In this document: positions 8,859-18,139 of the stretch, in pieces
Layout of the letters: every line of letters begins with the position of its first letter
Position numbering within the stretch: position 1 is the stretch's first letter
Assembly: GCA_964558645.1 (NCBI GenBank)
Contig: CAZLEV010000002.1
Coordinates: forward strand, 224,001-288,000
DNA from: an uncultured archaeon
Lineage (GTDB): Archaea; Asgardarchaeota; Thorarchaeia; Thorarchaeales; Thorarchaeaceae
Length of the DNA stretch: 64,000 nucleotides
Direction of reading: 5' to 3'
Made by a program: the position numbers and the translations under genes
Notes under the pieces: generated by a model
Database searches by the model: none
Seen by the model: the letters and a program-made list of their open reading frames with translations, nothing else
Told to the model about the DNA's origin: nothing

Positions 8859-10297
8859 TCCTCCTCCTCTGCTTCATCGATAAGAACATCCATCAGGCTG
8901 TCAAATGCCCGGGATAGGTCACCAATCTCGTCACCCCGAGATGTCTGTTTGACGTTGAGTTTCAGCTCTAACGGTTCAATAGAACTCTTGGTGAACTTCA
9001 CCACTGCAGCCTTTCGTATTCGTTCCATTATCTCCTGCAATGGTCCTGTCACCGTGCCTGCAACCCAATACCCAAGAATGCCTGAGATGATTATACCAAC
9101 CATCCCCACATACATGATCTGCTCAATTGTGAGTCTTAGAGTGGATGTGATCCGATTCTGAAGCAATGGAATTGCCTCCAAGACCTCATCGAGGGGGACT
9201 ATCAGCACACAGATGTATCCGCTCTTGCCGACAGGGGTATACACAAGGAGTCGTTCTTCTACTCCTCGCCGGTATTCAAGAGAGCCGTCTTCTCCTGAAG
9301 TGATTGCATCAATCTGGAGGAGTGTTAGCGAATCTGATTCGACTGCACTGAATTCGGGAAGCCCCTCTTCATATGCAGAATCGGGTACTTCAGGATGTGC
9401 AACTACCAGACCATCGCTTTGAATCAGAGTTGCGTAGCCATTCTCATACACATCTATGTCCAAGACGCGATTCTTGATGTCTTGGATTGTAATGTCTCCA
9501 GCGATGACACCTAGCATCTGATTGTTCTCATGGAACACAGCCTTACCGATCGATATCAGAAGCACTTCGTCTATCGGATCATAATATGGTTCTACAAAGA
9601 CGATGTCCCCATCTCCTGCTGCAATCTCAAGATACCAATCATCAAGAGTGGGATACCAGGGGTCCAGCTGCCTCTCTGCATCAGTTCCTCCTAGGATACT
9701 CCCGGGGTAGTTGATGAACATATCATTGTCTGCGAATGTGAAATAGAGCCATCTGAACTCCGGAACTCGATCTCGGATAGATCTGAAGATATTGTCCATG
9801 TTGGACACAAGGCCAAGGCGTTCTGAAGAGGCGCCTGCGTAGGTTGCCCAATTCGAGCTGTCAGACCCGGGAATGTACCAGCTGCTATACTCCCAAGAAA
9901 CATTGATTCCATAGTCCGGGTCAAACTCTATGTCGGCAGGATGCGGACCTTCGGAGGGGTTTTCGAAGAAATAGTCGTAATAGGTCTCACGGGCGAAATA
10001 GGTATTCTCATCACTGAAGAGGCGTTCTATCTCTTCAGCCATGCTGATGACCATTCCTTCAGCAGTGGTCAGTTTTTGGTTTATCACATTTGATGTGGTG
10101 ACGCCTGTGGCCAGCATATCATTGATTGCCTGCCCCTTGAGAGCATCTATGCTCCGAGAAGTCGTTGTGTCACCTATCAACACTCCAAACCCCATTGAGA
10201 AAGCAGTTGTCAGAGCAACAGATGCGGTTGTGATTACCAGAAAGGCCACCAGCATTGTTCTCTTGAAGCTAGTTCCGGTTGTTCTATTCTTTGCCAT
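8855..10297 (-). CDS. Membrane sensor TM-dCache-TM-HAMP with no output domain
   Basis: Two hydrophobic segments; Cache motifs FRWLYF...FINYPG, DDWY, EPYYD, GVIAGDIT, GYATLI..DG.VVAHP; HAMP ending GDEIGDLSRAFDSLM, then stop after ~11 residues. Confidence 0.85.
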   Translation of the reverse strand: MAKNRTTGTSFKRTMLVAFLVITTASVALTTAFSMGFGVLIGDTTTSRSIDALKGQAINDMLATGVTTSNVINQKLTTAEGMVISMAEEIERLFSDENTYFARETYYDYFFENPSEGPHPADIEFDPDYGINVSWEYSSWYIPGSDSSNWATYAGASSERLGLVSNMDNIFRSIRDRVPEFRWLYFTFADNDMFINYPGSILGGTDAERQLDPWYPTLDDWYLEIAAGDGDIVFVEPYYDPIDEVLLISIGKAVFHENNQMLGVIAGDITIQDIKNRVLDIDVYENGYATLIQSDGLVVAHPEVPDSAYEEGLPEFSAVESDSLTLLQIDAITSGEDGSLEYRRGVEERLLVYTPVGKSGYICVLIVPLDEVLEAIPLLQNRITSTLRLTIEQIMYVGMVGIIISGILGYWVAGTVTGPLQEIMERIRKAAVVKFTKSSIEPLELKLNVKQTSRGDEIGDLSRAFDSLMDVLIDEAEEEE

Positions 10298-10311
10298 TTG
10301 TTTGCCTCCTC

Positions 10312-13056
10312 TTAGAAGTCCACCTGTGTTCCTCCCATCTCGAGTTGAGTTTGCATCTCGTCCTCGATGCCTTCGAATCTCTGAAGAATTCCTTCCTGTT
10401 CTTTGCCAGCCTCTGAAACCGGCAGGTACGTGGCACCTTCAATCCGCTTGCACATTCTCTCTAGGACCCGTTCGTGATCTGAACTGCACATGACTCCGAT
10501 GATTCGCAGTTTTATATCACCCTCCAAACGATTGGCGAACCGAACGATAGAGTCTTCATTATGGGTCCTTGAAGAGTTGTCCTCGCCATCAGTGAGTGCG
10601 ACAATCCACCGCTCAGCATTCTGTTCGTTGGCAATGTTCATGAGAGCCAGACCGAGTGCGTCATAGAAAGCTGTGGCCCCGCCAAGGCGAAGCGCGCGGG
10701 CAATCTCCTTCCTTGCAGTAGAATAGTCTGGGCCCAATGGTGCAAGCCTGCGGAGTTCACTGACAACAGTGTCGAATGCCAACACACCAACACTATCATC
10801 AGGTTGCGCCACAGCATCAACCATCCTCTGAGCACCTGCAACTGCCGCCTTTATTCTACCGCTCTGCCCCATGCTCCCCGATTTATCGATGACGAAGACG
10901 ATGGCACGCCGCACTCGATGTCTCACAGTGGAACCCAGAATCTTCTCCGCCTGACGACGGATTTCATGACTCGGCTCACCCATATCTTCAAGAACATCAG
11001 CCAGAAGGGAGAGCGATCTGCCCGCAAGAGGCCACTCCTCATTCTCCTGTGACATGTTGGCAGCCTCAACAAGATCAGACCGGGCATCTTCGTACATTGC
11101 CATCTCGTAGTACATCATACCTCTGTGATAGTACACATAGGATTTTGACCGTTCATAGTATGTTCCTTCAAGAAGCTCAAGCGCCCGGTCAAACATCTCT
11201 CTGGCTTCATCAAACTCCTTCAGGGCCATCTTACAGACCCCGATGGTGTCGAATTGATTGGCCATGCCTCGATTGTTTCCCAGTTTCTTGTTGATTTCCA
11301 ATGCTTCCTCCAGATGGGTCAGGGCCTTGCGGTAGTTCTCCCTCTTTGGTGACATCTCGAGGGCGCCGAAGTTGTGCATGACATCGGCAATACGCACCTG
11401 AGCATCCTTTCTTTCTAGGTCAGTCTTTGCTTCTTTCAGCATCTGACGGGCTAGTCCTTCTGCAGATTGATACCTCGCCGATGCCTCCTGCAGTTGGCCT
11501 CTTTGTCTGTGAACATTTCCAATATTGAGGTCTGCAGCCTGGATGCCTTGAATCACCTTGAAATCGACACAGAGTTGTCGAAGCCGAGTATACGTTTCTA
11601 GAGCAAGTGCCAAGTTTCCTCTGATGAACTCCTTGTTGCCAGCTCGCATCGAGTCTTGGAGATTCTGAATTGCCTCCATGGTGATCTGCAGTTCCTTATA
11701 CCGCAGGTCATGTATGGGAACCATTCCAGTCAAGTCGCCACGGCTCATATTGATCAAGACATCTGTGGCTTGTGCAAGTGGTTTGGCCATCTCTTCGCCT
11801 TTTCTGGCCGCATATTTCGACGAAACATAGATTGTGACTGCTACACAGCCAACAAGAATCCCGATGATTATCAGGCTCTGAAAGCCAATCGCTGCGGAGA
11901 GAGCGAGTGCAGCTTCAATCACATCCGTTTCAGGAGTAACCGTACACAGAACCATACCGGTCGTAGGGACTCTCTCAAATGTTAGATACCATTTTCTGCC
12001 TTGCTTCGTATATTCAATCTGGCCACTACTGTTTGTCAGAATGTCAGGGAGAATAGAGGAGAATGCATCAGCCTCTGAAGATGCGGAGCCACCAAACTCA
12101 GCATCATAGATATCTTGGCCTTCAGCCGTAAACGAGGGGTGTGCTATCAGGCCCCCGGCGGTTCCAAGAAGGAAAGCATACCCGTTCTCACTAATCTCCT
12201 GAGAGAGTACTTCGTTGTTAATTGTGTCAAGAGTCACGTCAGCGGAAACAACACCAATCAGCGTGTTGTTGTCGAATCGGATGGGCCGGCCCATGGACAA
12301 TACAAGGCCAGTGGACGGATCACCATAGGGTTCTGTGACAGCAATGGAATCATCCAAGATATCGGCAGCGTTGAGATACCATTCCTCTGAATTGGGATCA
12401 TAATCCTCTCCTTCTCCATACCAGTCCAAGAAGTATTCCAGATTGTCATAGGGGTAGTTCCTGAATAGATGTCGATTCGAGATTGAGAGGTCAAAGCCCA
12501 TATACAGCCAGATATAGTCCGAACTCATTTCATGAAGCGACTGGAATATGTTGTCCATATTGGACGATGTGTCCAAGACATAGCGCATATCATCGTCCCA
12601 TTGGAATGGGTCGTCGTCAATGTAGTAGTCTCTAGGCATGTAGTAACAACTGACATCAAACGATATGCTGTCCGATTCATACTCATCGATGGATTGCAGA
12701 TTAGGGACTGTATAGCCCGTATTGGCGAGCTCAAGACTGGGATTCCAGAAGTAAGAGTGACGCGGGCTAGCATCATACCGTTCGTTGAATAGATTCTCGG
12801 CATAGTCCTCCATCATGTAGACACCATGGAAGTACTGCTCTATCCGCTCCTCAATGAAGGTGGCAGTATCAGCTGTTACCCTCTGCAGACTTCCCAGTTC
12901 CTCCTTAGTCAAAGCCTCTGCGGCTTCAGCCGTGTTCTGTTCTGACATGAAATACACGCTAGAAACCATGTATGAAGCAATCAGAAGCACGGAGATGATA
13001 ACTGAAGCGCTAAGGCCTCTTGTAACTTTCTTTGTAATACTCCAGGTCTCAAACAT
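10312..13056 (-). CDS. Membrane receptor TM-dCache-TM-HAMP-TPR-VWA
   Basis: Cache YIWLYMG..RNYP..YDPNSEEWY..EPYGD..GVVSAD; HAMP KPL...GDLT; several TPRs (LNIGNVHRQRGQLQEA, HNFGAL, DTIGVC, YHRGMMY); VWA MIDAS IDKSGSM / GGATAFYDAL / LTDGED. ATG 13056 has a GGAG upstream. Confidence 0.88.
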   Translation of the reverse strand: MFETWSITKKVTRGLSASVIISVLLIASYMVSSVYFMSEQNTAEAAEALTKEELGSLQRVTADTATFIEERIEQYFHGVYMMEDYAENLFNERYDASPRHSYFWNPSLELANTGYTVPNLQSIDEYESDSISFDVSCYYMPRDYYIDDDPFQWDDDMRYVLDTSSNMDNIFQSLHEMSSDYIWLYMGFDLSISNRHLFRNYPYDNLEYFLDWYGEGEDYDPNSEEWYLNAADILDDSIAVTEPYGDPSTGLVLSMGRPIRFDNNTLIGVVSADVTLDTINNEVLSQEISENGYAFLLGTAGGLIAHPSFTAEGQDIYDAEFGGSASSEADAFSSILPDILTNSSGQIEYTKQGRKWYLTFERVPTTGMVLCTVTPETDVIEAALALSAAIGFQSLIIIGILVGCVAVTIYVSSKYAARKGEEMAKPLAQATDVLINMSRGDLTGMVPIHDLRYKELQITMEAIQNLQDSMRAGNKEFIRGNLALALETYTRLRQLCVDFKVIQGIQAADLNIGNVHRQRGQLQEASARYQSAEGLARQMLKEAKTDLERKDAQVRIADVMHNFGALEMSPKRENYRKALTHLEEALEINKKLGNNRGMANQFDTIGVCKMALKEFDEAREMFDRALELLEGTYYERSKSYVYYHRGMMYYEMAMYEDARSDLVEAANMSQENEEWPLAGRSLSLLADVLEDMGEPSHEIRRQAEKILGSTVRHRVRRAIVFVIDKSGSMGQSGRIKAAVAGAQRMVDAVAQPDDSVGVLAFDTVVSELRRLAPLGPDYSTARKEIARALRLGGATAFYDALGLALMNIANEQNAERWIVALTDGEDNSSRTHNEDSIVRFANRLEGDIKLRIIGVMCSSDHERVLERMCKRIEGATYLPVSEAGKEQEGILQRFEGIEDEMQTQLEMGGTQVDF

Positions 13057-13060
13057 ATGT

Positions 13061-14521
13061 CTAACTCCCTTGCTCACTCAACAATTTGATAATCTCATCA
13101 ACTACTCTTTCAAGCTCTTCCTTTGACTCGAAAGCGAAGGATTTCGTGTCAATGAACTCGCCTGCAATCTGCCCTTTGCCACGCAGCAGAATAAGCGCTC
13201 TACGTATGGTCGCTGCGTCGAGCTCATGGTCTACATCAGGATCCTGTAGTGCGGCCTTCATATCAAGGAGGTCGCCGAACTCGATCTTGTTACCCGAAAC
13301 CACACTGGATAGTAATTTCCTTGCATCACGTTTTGACATCGACGGGGTGACCAAAGCGCCCCTCAAGCCAGTGAACACGAAAGTTCTACCATCGTCTTCA
13401 AAGTGACCAGATATCATCTCACGTCTAACCATCTCCTGCAGCTGACGGCGTAGGTTGTAGACAGCGGGACGGGGAAGTGATCGCCTGATGACTCTGTCAA
13501 GCTCCCTCAAAGTGATGCGGGGATTTAGTGATGTCACAGACAGTATGGTCTCACTGATGAATTCATCAATCTGCTGTGGCTGTAATGCATCCAGTATAGC
13601 CCCACAACTCGCACAGCTCGGCGTTTCTGGCGACACTGGGGCACCACAATGACCGCATCGAATAGCCCTCCGATAGACAGTTTCCTTCGTAGAAGATATC
13701 TCCTCGATGACTCGACGAGTGAGTGAAGACATCGCATTGCCTTTGACACGATATATCTCTAGGGCAGGAAGCCGTGTTCCGATAGCCAAGTAAAGGATGT
13801 CACTACGTGGGTGCCGATCTGCGTCAATGGCAAATGGGCGCTCTGAAAGATCCAATTCCTGTACCAGACCCCCACCCATATCCCAAATCCTCAGAGTACT
13901 CGACTTGTCCCCTGTGGCAAACAGTTTGTCGTTCTCCAAGTTCAGGACTGTACCTACTCGTATCTTCGAAGGAACCGTGAACTGTTTCAACAAGTAGCCA
14001 GCTGCAGATAGGATGCTGATATTGCCGCTGCGCTCCATCACAACTATCTCATATTCCGGATCATCCGTGATGTTCTCTAATCTGACAGAAACAACGGGTG
14101 ACGGAAACGATCGTGTAAACAGCTTGATGTCATCGTTCCACAAGGACACGGTATTATCGCGCATGGCAGCTGCAAACTCGTCCGCATAGTCGCCATCAAT
14201 ATCGGCCGCATCACAGGTTATGACCGGACTAGACTTTGCTATATGGTAGATAATCTGCCCTTTGTTGCCAATGACTATAACACAGTCCTTCGTCCCTGCA
14301 ACAATGTCGTCATAACCGTCAGCATCGATATCACCGATGGCTACGGTTCTAACCTTGGAGGTCCATTTTCGAGAACTTGTTTCTTTCCCGGCAGGAGAGA
14401 ATACTTTGAGTTTCTCGTCGTAGTCGATAGTGTATATCTCGACGCCCCTCTTTGTGGTTCTGACAAAGATGTCGTATATCAGGGACTCTGTATTCCTTAT
14501 TGATGTACGACTAATCTCCAT
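13061..14521 (-). CDS. FG-GAP-like beta-propeller + Zn ribbon + two PCI-like winged-helix domains
   Basis: GDIDADGYDDIVAG, ADIDGDYADEF, ENITDDPEYEIVV repeats and ATGD...LRIWD; CGHC...CASC; ITLRELD...LQEMVRREMISGHFED and TIRRALILLRGKGQIAGEFID. Start chosen at ATG 14521. Confidence 0.72.
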   Translation of the reverse strand: MEISRTSIRNTESLIYDIFVRTTKRGVEIYTIDYDEKLKVFSPAGKETSSRKWTSKVRTVAIGDIDADGYDDIVAGTKDCVIVIGNKGQIIYHIAKSSPVITCDAADIDGDYADEFAAAMRDNTVSLWNDDIKLFTRSFPSPVVSVRLENITDDPEYEIVVMERSGNISILSAAGYLLKQFTVPSKIRVGTVLNLENDKLFATGDKSSTLRIWDMGGGLVQELDLSERPFAIDADRHPRSDILYLAIGTRLPALEIYRVKGNAMSSLTRRVIEEISSTKETVYRRAIRCGHCGAPVSPETPSCASCGAILDALQPQQIDEFISETILSVTSLNPRITLRELDRVIRRSLPRPAVYNLRRQLQEMVRREMISGHFEDDGRTFVFTGLRGALVTPSMSKRDARKLLSSVVSGNKIEFGDLLDMKAALQDPDVDHELDAATIRRALILLRGKGQIAGEFIDTKSFAFESKEELERVVDEIIKLLSEQGS

Positions 14522-14680
14522 TTTGATAGATTGTACATTTTGAGCATATAAACAATGACTAAGATTTTCCAGTTTGAGAGCTGAAGATAGCTCCTGTATC
14601 AATGGATATATGATGAATCAGAGCAACGGAAGTTGAATCCGATCATTGTATGTCAGACTAGAGGACTCGTGAGGTTCAGA

Positions 14681-15499
14681 ATGAAAGAAATAGACTCGGG
14701 ATCAATCAAGGCATTCCAAGAGAGGGTCATGGGATGGTGGAGCAGCAATGCTAGAGAGCTTCCCTGGAGGAAACACCCTACTCCCTATCATGTTCTCGTG
14801 TCAGAGATGATGTTGCAACAGACGCAAGTCAGTAGAGTGATCCCTAAATATACCGAGTTTCTGAAGAAGTTCCCCGATCTCAAGGCATTAGCAGAGGCGG
14901 ATACCAAGCGCCTGCTTCAAGTCTGGAGCGGATTGGGGTATAATAGAAGAGCCTTATGGCTGAGAGATGCCGCAAGAGCAATAGTAGACAGGGGTGAGTT
15001 CCCCCGAAACGAGAAGGAACTCAGAAAGATGAAGGGCATTGGCCCCTACACCTCGCGGTCGATTCTGATCTTCGCATTCAATGAGGACTTAGCCGCGATT
15101 GACACAAACATTCGCCGAATCCTGATTGCATCCGGATTTGCAGATGAATGCACATCTCGATTAGAACTACAAGAAGTCGCAGAACACCTACTACTCAGGG
15201 GTAGGGCTCGTGACTGGCACAATGCACTCATGGACTACGGGTCGGGGGTATTGACATCCTCATCGACAGGTATCAGGCCAACCTCATACCAGAACAAGTT
15301 CGAAGGCTCATCACGGCAGCTCAGAGGGGACATCGTACGTATTCTCACGCATTGTGAAGAACTCTCTCTTGAGGATCTGGTTGCCCACCATGGCTGCAGC
15401 GATACGAATGCTGAACGAGTGAGATCCATTGTCAGGAGTTTGACGGAGGACGGCCTCGTTGAGCGAACCGACGCAAATCGTTTCAGAATTCCACGCTAA
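14681..15499 (+). CDS. MutY-like HhH-GPD adenine glycosylase lacking the Fe-S motif
   Basis: RELPWR, VSEMMLQQTQV, WSGLGYNRRA, MKGIGPYT, IDTNIRR; no CX6CX2CX5C. Confidence 0.88.
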   Translation: MKEIDSGSIKAFQERVMGWWSSNARELPWRKHPTPYHVLVSEMMLQQTQVSRVIPKYTEFLKKFPDLKALAEADTKRLLQVWSGLGYNRRALWLRDAARAIVDRGEFPRNEKELRKMKGIGPYTSRSILIFAFNEDLAAIDTNIRRILIASGFADECTSRLELQEVAEHLLLRGRARDWHNALMDYGSGVLTSSSTGIRPTSYQNKFEGSSRQLRGDIVRILTHCEELSLEDLVAHHGCSDTNAERVRSIVRSLTEDGLVERTDANRFRIPR

Positions 15500-15587
15500 T
15501 ATAATAGGGAAGAGATTCAGAATTGACTCAGGACCACAGCAAATCCTTCCGAAAGAGTGAATTCAGTAAGACTTCGTGTTGACTATC

Positions 15588-16388
15588 ATGTTCGAATGTG
15601 TGCCCTTCAACGATGACATACTCAGTCTCAAGACAGCCACAGGCCAGGAGAACGAACCCATCATGTGGGCTTATGCATACCAGATAGGGGATGTCTTGAT
15701 TGATGCAGGGTGCGCGAATGCAGCTGATGAACTTGAACGGTATCTCTCACAGACGTTAATCAGAAGAGCCCTTGTCACTCATCCACACGAGGACCATTTT
15801 GGAGGTCTATCTGTCTTGGGCGATGAAACAATTGTGTATGCACATCCTTCGGCAATTGACCAACTTCTGAATCCGCCCAAACTCGATGAGTTCTTCAAGT
15901 TCGTATGGGGGCAACCAGAGCCGGTTCATGAGGTCCAGCCAATCCCTGAGAGGCTATCTGTCGGAGAGTATACATTGGAGGTGGTAGATCTCTCGGGCCA
16001 CCATAGCAATATGATCGGTTTCTTAGAACGAACAAAGGGTTGGCTCTTTTCGGCGGATGCGGTACCTCTACCTTCGAGGAAGTACATAGCTATGCCAGAA
16101 GAGGATATCCTTCAAATGATCACAACCATGGAGCGCATTCAGAGAATGGATATCGGAGTTCTCTTCGACGGACATCTGGGACCGATAGTATCACCACATG
16201 AACACATACAGAAACGAATCGACCACCTTAGATCCGTACGTGGTCGAGTGATGGACCTCAGAGAGCAGGGAAAGTCAGTTTCAAAAATCATCGCAGAGCT
16301 GGGGTATGAGCCGCCATGGTATCTCGAGGCCACCAAGGGTAGGTTTTCCATCGAGTTCTTCATCGAGTCATTACTTCGTTCCAAGTAG
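15588..16388 (+). CDS. MBL-fold metallo-hydrolase
   Basis: LIDAG, THPHEDHFGG, GH, ADA, GH motifs. Confidence 0.88.
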   Translation: MFECVPFNDDILSLKTATGQENEPIMWAYAYQIGDVLIDAGCANAADELERYLSQTLIRRALVTHPHEDHFGGLSVLGDETIVYAHPSAIDQLLNPPKLDEFFKFVWGQPEPVHEVQPIPERLSVGEYTLEVVDLSGHHSNMIGFLERTKGWLFSADAVPLPSRKYIAMPEEDILQMITTMERIQRMDIGVLFDGHLGPIVSPHEHIQKRIDHLRSVRGRVMDLREQGKSVSKIIAELGYEPPWYLEATKGRFSIEFFIESLLRSK

Positions 16389-16460
16389 TATCTGCTATCC
16401 AACACTCTAGCACCAACATAGAAATATGTGGCAGCGCAATACCCACGATAGTTGGCCGAT

Positions 16461-18020
16461 ATGAGTATCATCAGCAAGACTGTTCTTCTGCTTGGCGCAT
16501 CGGGATCAATGGGATTCGAGGCATTCAGAGAGCTCTGGGCAAGAAGGGTGGAGGACAGACGACGTCGTTACAAGATAGTCCTCTTGCTTCGTCCGTCTAA
16601 GAAGAACAAGAGACTCTTTGCACCGTTTGAAGAAGAATGTGGCATCGAGAGTATCGGCGGTAGAGGATGTGTTGAGGGAGGTGGGCTTCGTATAGTCTGG
16701 GGAGATGCTACAGCGTATCCCGATATGCTTGAGGCTGTCCGTGACGTTGATTGGATACTCTGTCCGATGGCGTTCATCTCTCCTGCTGCGGATCATGACC
16801 CTGAGACCTCACAAGCAGTCAACACAACTGCCATCCAGTATATTATTGATGCGATCTATGAGCATGGGGGGCAGGACCATGTGAAGCTTGTCTACATCGG
16901 GTCAGTTGCCGAAACCGGTGACCGTTTGCAAGAGATTCATATGGGACGCGTCGGAGACCCACTGAAACCAAGTGTATTCGATTTCTATGCAACCTGTAAG
17001 ATTGCTGGCGAGAGAGCTGTCATCGAGTCAGGACTGAAATACTGGGTGTCTTTGCGTCAGACCTACATTGCGATACCCAACCCAATGAGTCTGATGGATC
17101 CTATCATGTTCCACCAGCCGATAGACACGTGCATCGAGCTGAACACCAGCAGGGACGCAGGGCGAGGGCTGGTGAATTGCCTTGATGTCCCTGATGACTC
17201 AGACTTCTGGCGTCGAGTCTATAATATGGGAGGAGGGCCAACATGTCGCATTGTCTACCACGACTACTTGCGAGATATGTTCAACCTCTTGGGGCTGGGT
17301 GATTTCAGAGAGATACTGGAGAGACGTTGGTTTGCACTGAGGAACTTCCACTGCCACTATTTCGAAGACAGTGACGTCCTGGATGAGTATATACACAACT
17401 GGGGCGACTCTATTGAGGACTATTACCAGCAAGTCCTGAACAACCTCCCTCTGTCTGTCAGGTTGGCCAGATGGTCCGCCAACATACCGGGACTGAGAGA
17501 GATGGTTAAGTGGGCTGCACGAAGAAGGATGAAGGATATGGTCTCACGGAAAGATGGGACGCTCTATTGGTACGAGCAGGACATGGTACAGAGGATTATT
17601 GCATTCTATGGTTCATTCGAGGCATACGAGAGGATTGGAGATTGGAATTCACCAGACATGCCGAACCTGAATCCTGAGTGGAAGAGACTGCATCACGGAT
17701 ATGATGAGTCAAAAGAAACGCTTGAGATAGAAGACCTGCAGGGAGCTGCTGAGTTTCGAGGAGGGTTTCTTCTCTCGGCCGCGTGGAGCGGGAGCATGTA
17801 TGAGAAACTCGAATGGAGATGTGCCTTTGCACACAGGTTTGAGGCAAGCCCGTACTTGGTTCTCAAGACCGGGCACTGGTGTCCCCAGTGTGCTCCTCCA
17901 CCATGGGACTACGGCAAAATCGCGGAAGTCAATCCGTTCTTCGCACAGATATGGTACTCCAATCACTCAAGAGAGGAACGAAACTTCTATCCAGCAGATT
18001 GTTACAAGGACGTACTCTAG
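16461..18020 (+). CDS. NAD-dependent epimerase/dehydratase (extended SDR) with C-terminal Zn-ribbon
   Basis: LLGASGSMG, YATCK catalytic YxxxK, C-terminal WRCAFAH...WCPQC. Confidence 0.8.
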   Translation: MSIISKTVLLLGASGSMGFEAFRELWARRVEDRRRRYKIVLLLRPSKKNKRLFAPFEEECGIESIGGRGCVEGGGLRIVWGDATAYPDMLEAVRDVDWILCPMAFISPAADHDPETSQAVNTTAIQYIIDAIYEHGGQDHVKLVYIGSVAETGDRLQEIHMGRVGDPLKPSVFDFYATCKIAGERAVIESGLKYWVSLRQTYIAIPNPMSLMDPIMFHQPIDTCIELNTSRDAGRGLVNCLDVPDDSDFWRRVYNMGGGPTCRIVYHDYLRDMFNLLGLGDFREILERRWFALRNFHCHYFEDSDVLDEYIHNWGDSIEDYYQQVLNNLPLSVRLARWSANIPGLREMVKWAARRRMKDMVSRKDGTLYWYEQDMVQRIIAFYGSFEAYERIGDWNSPDMPNLNPEWKRLHHGYDESKETLEIEDLQGAAEFRGGFLLSAAWSGSMYEKLEWRCAFAHRFEASPYLVLKTGHWCPQCAPPPWDYGKIAEVNPFFAQIWYSNHSREERNFYPADCYKDVL

Positions 18021-18139
18021 TCATTTCTTATGAAGTAATCTGAAAGAATGTTCTGTGGTAACTAGAGCTCTGTGTTCGAAAGCAGGTATTAGTAGGACTA
18101 TGCACACATACTTAACGATTTGAAACGCAAAAAGGGGAG

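Noticed and set aside
10312-13056. Direct ortholog of the calcium-channel alpha2delta subunit
   Set aside because: Cache and VWA are both present, but VWA follows the second TM, HAMP and TPRs (cytoplasmic), unlike alpha2delta, where it is inserted in the extracellular Cache region.
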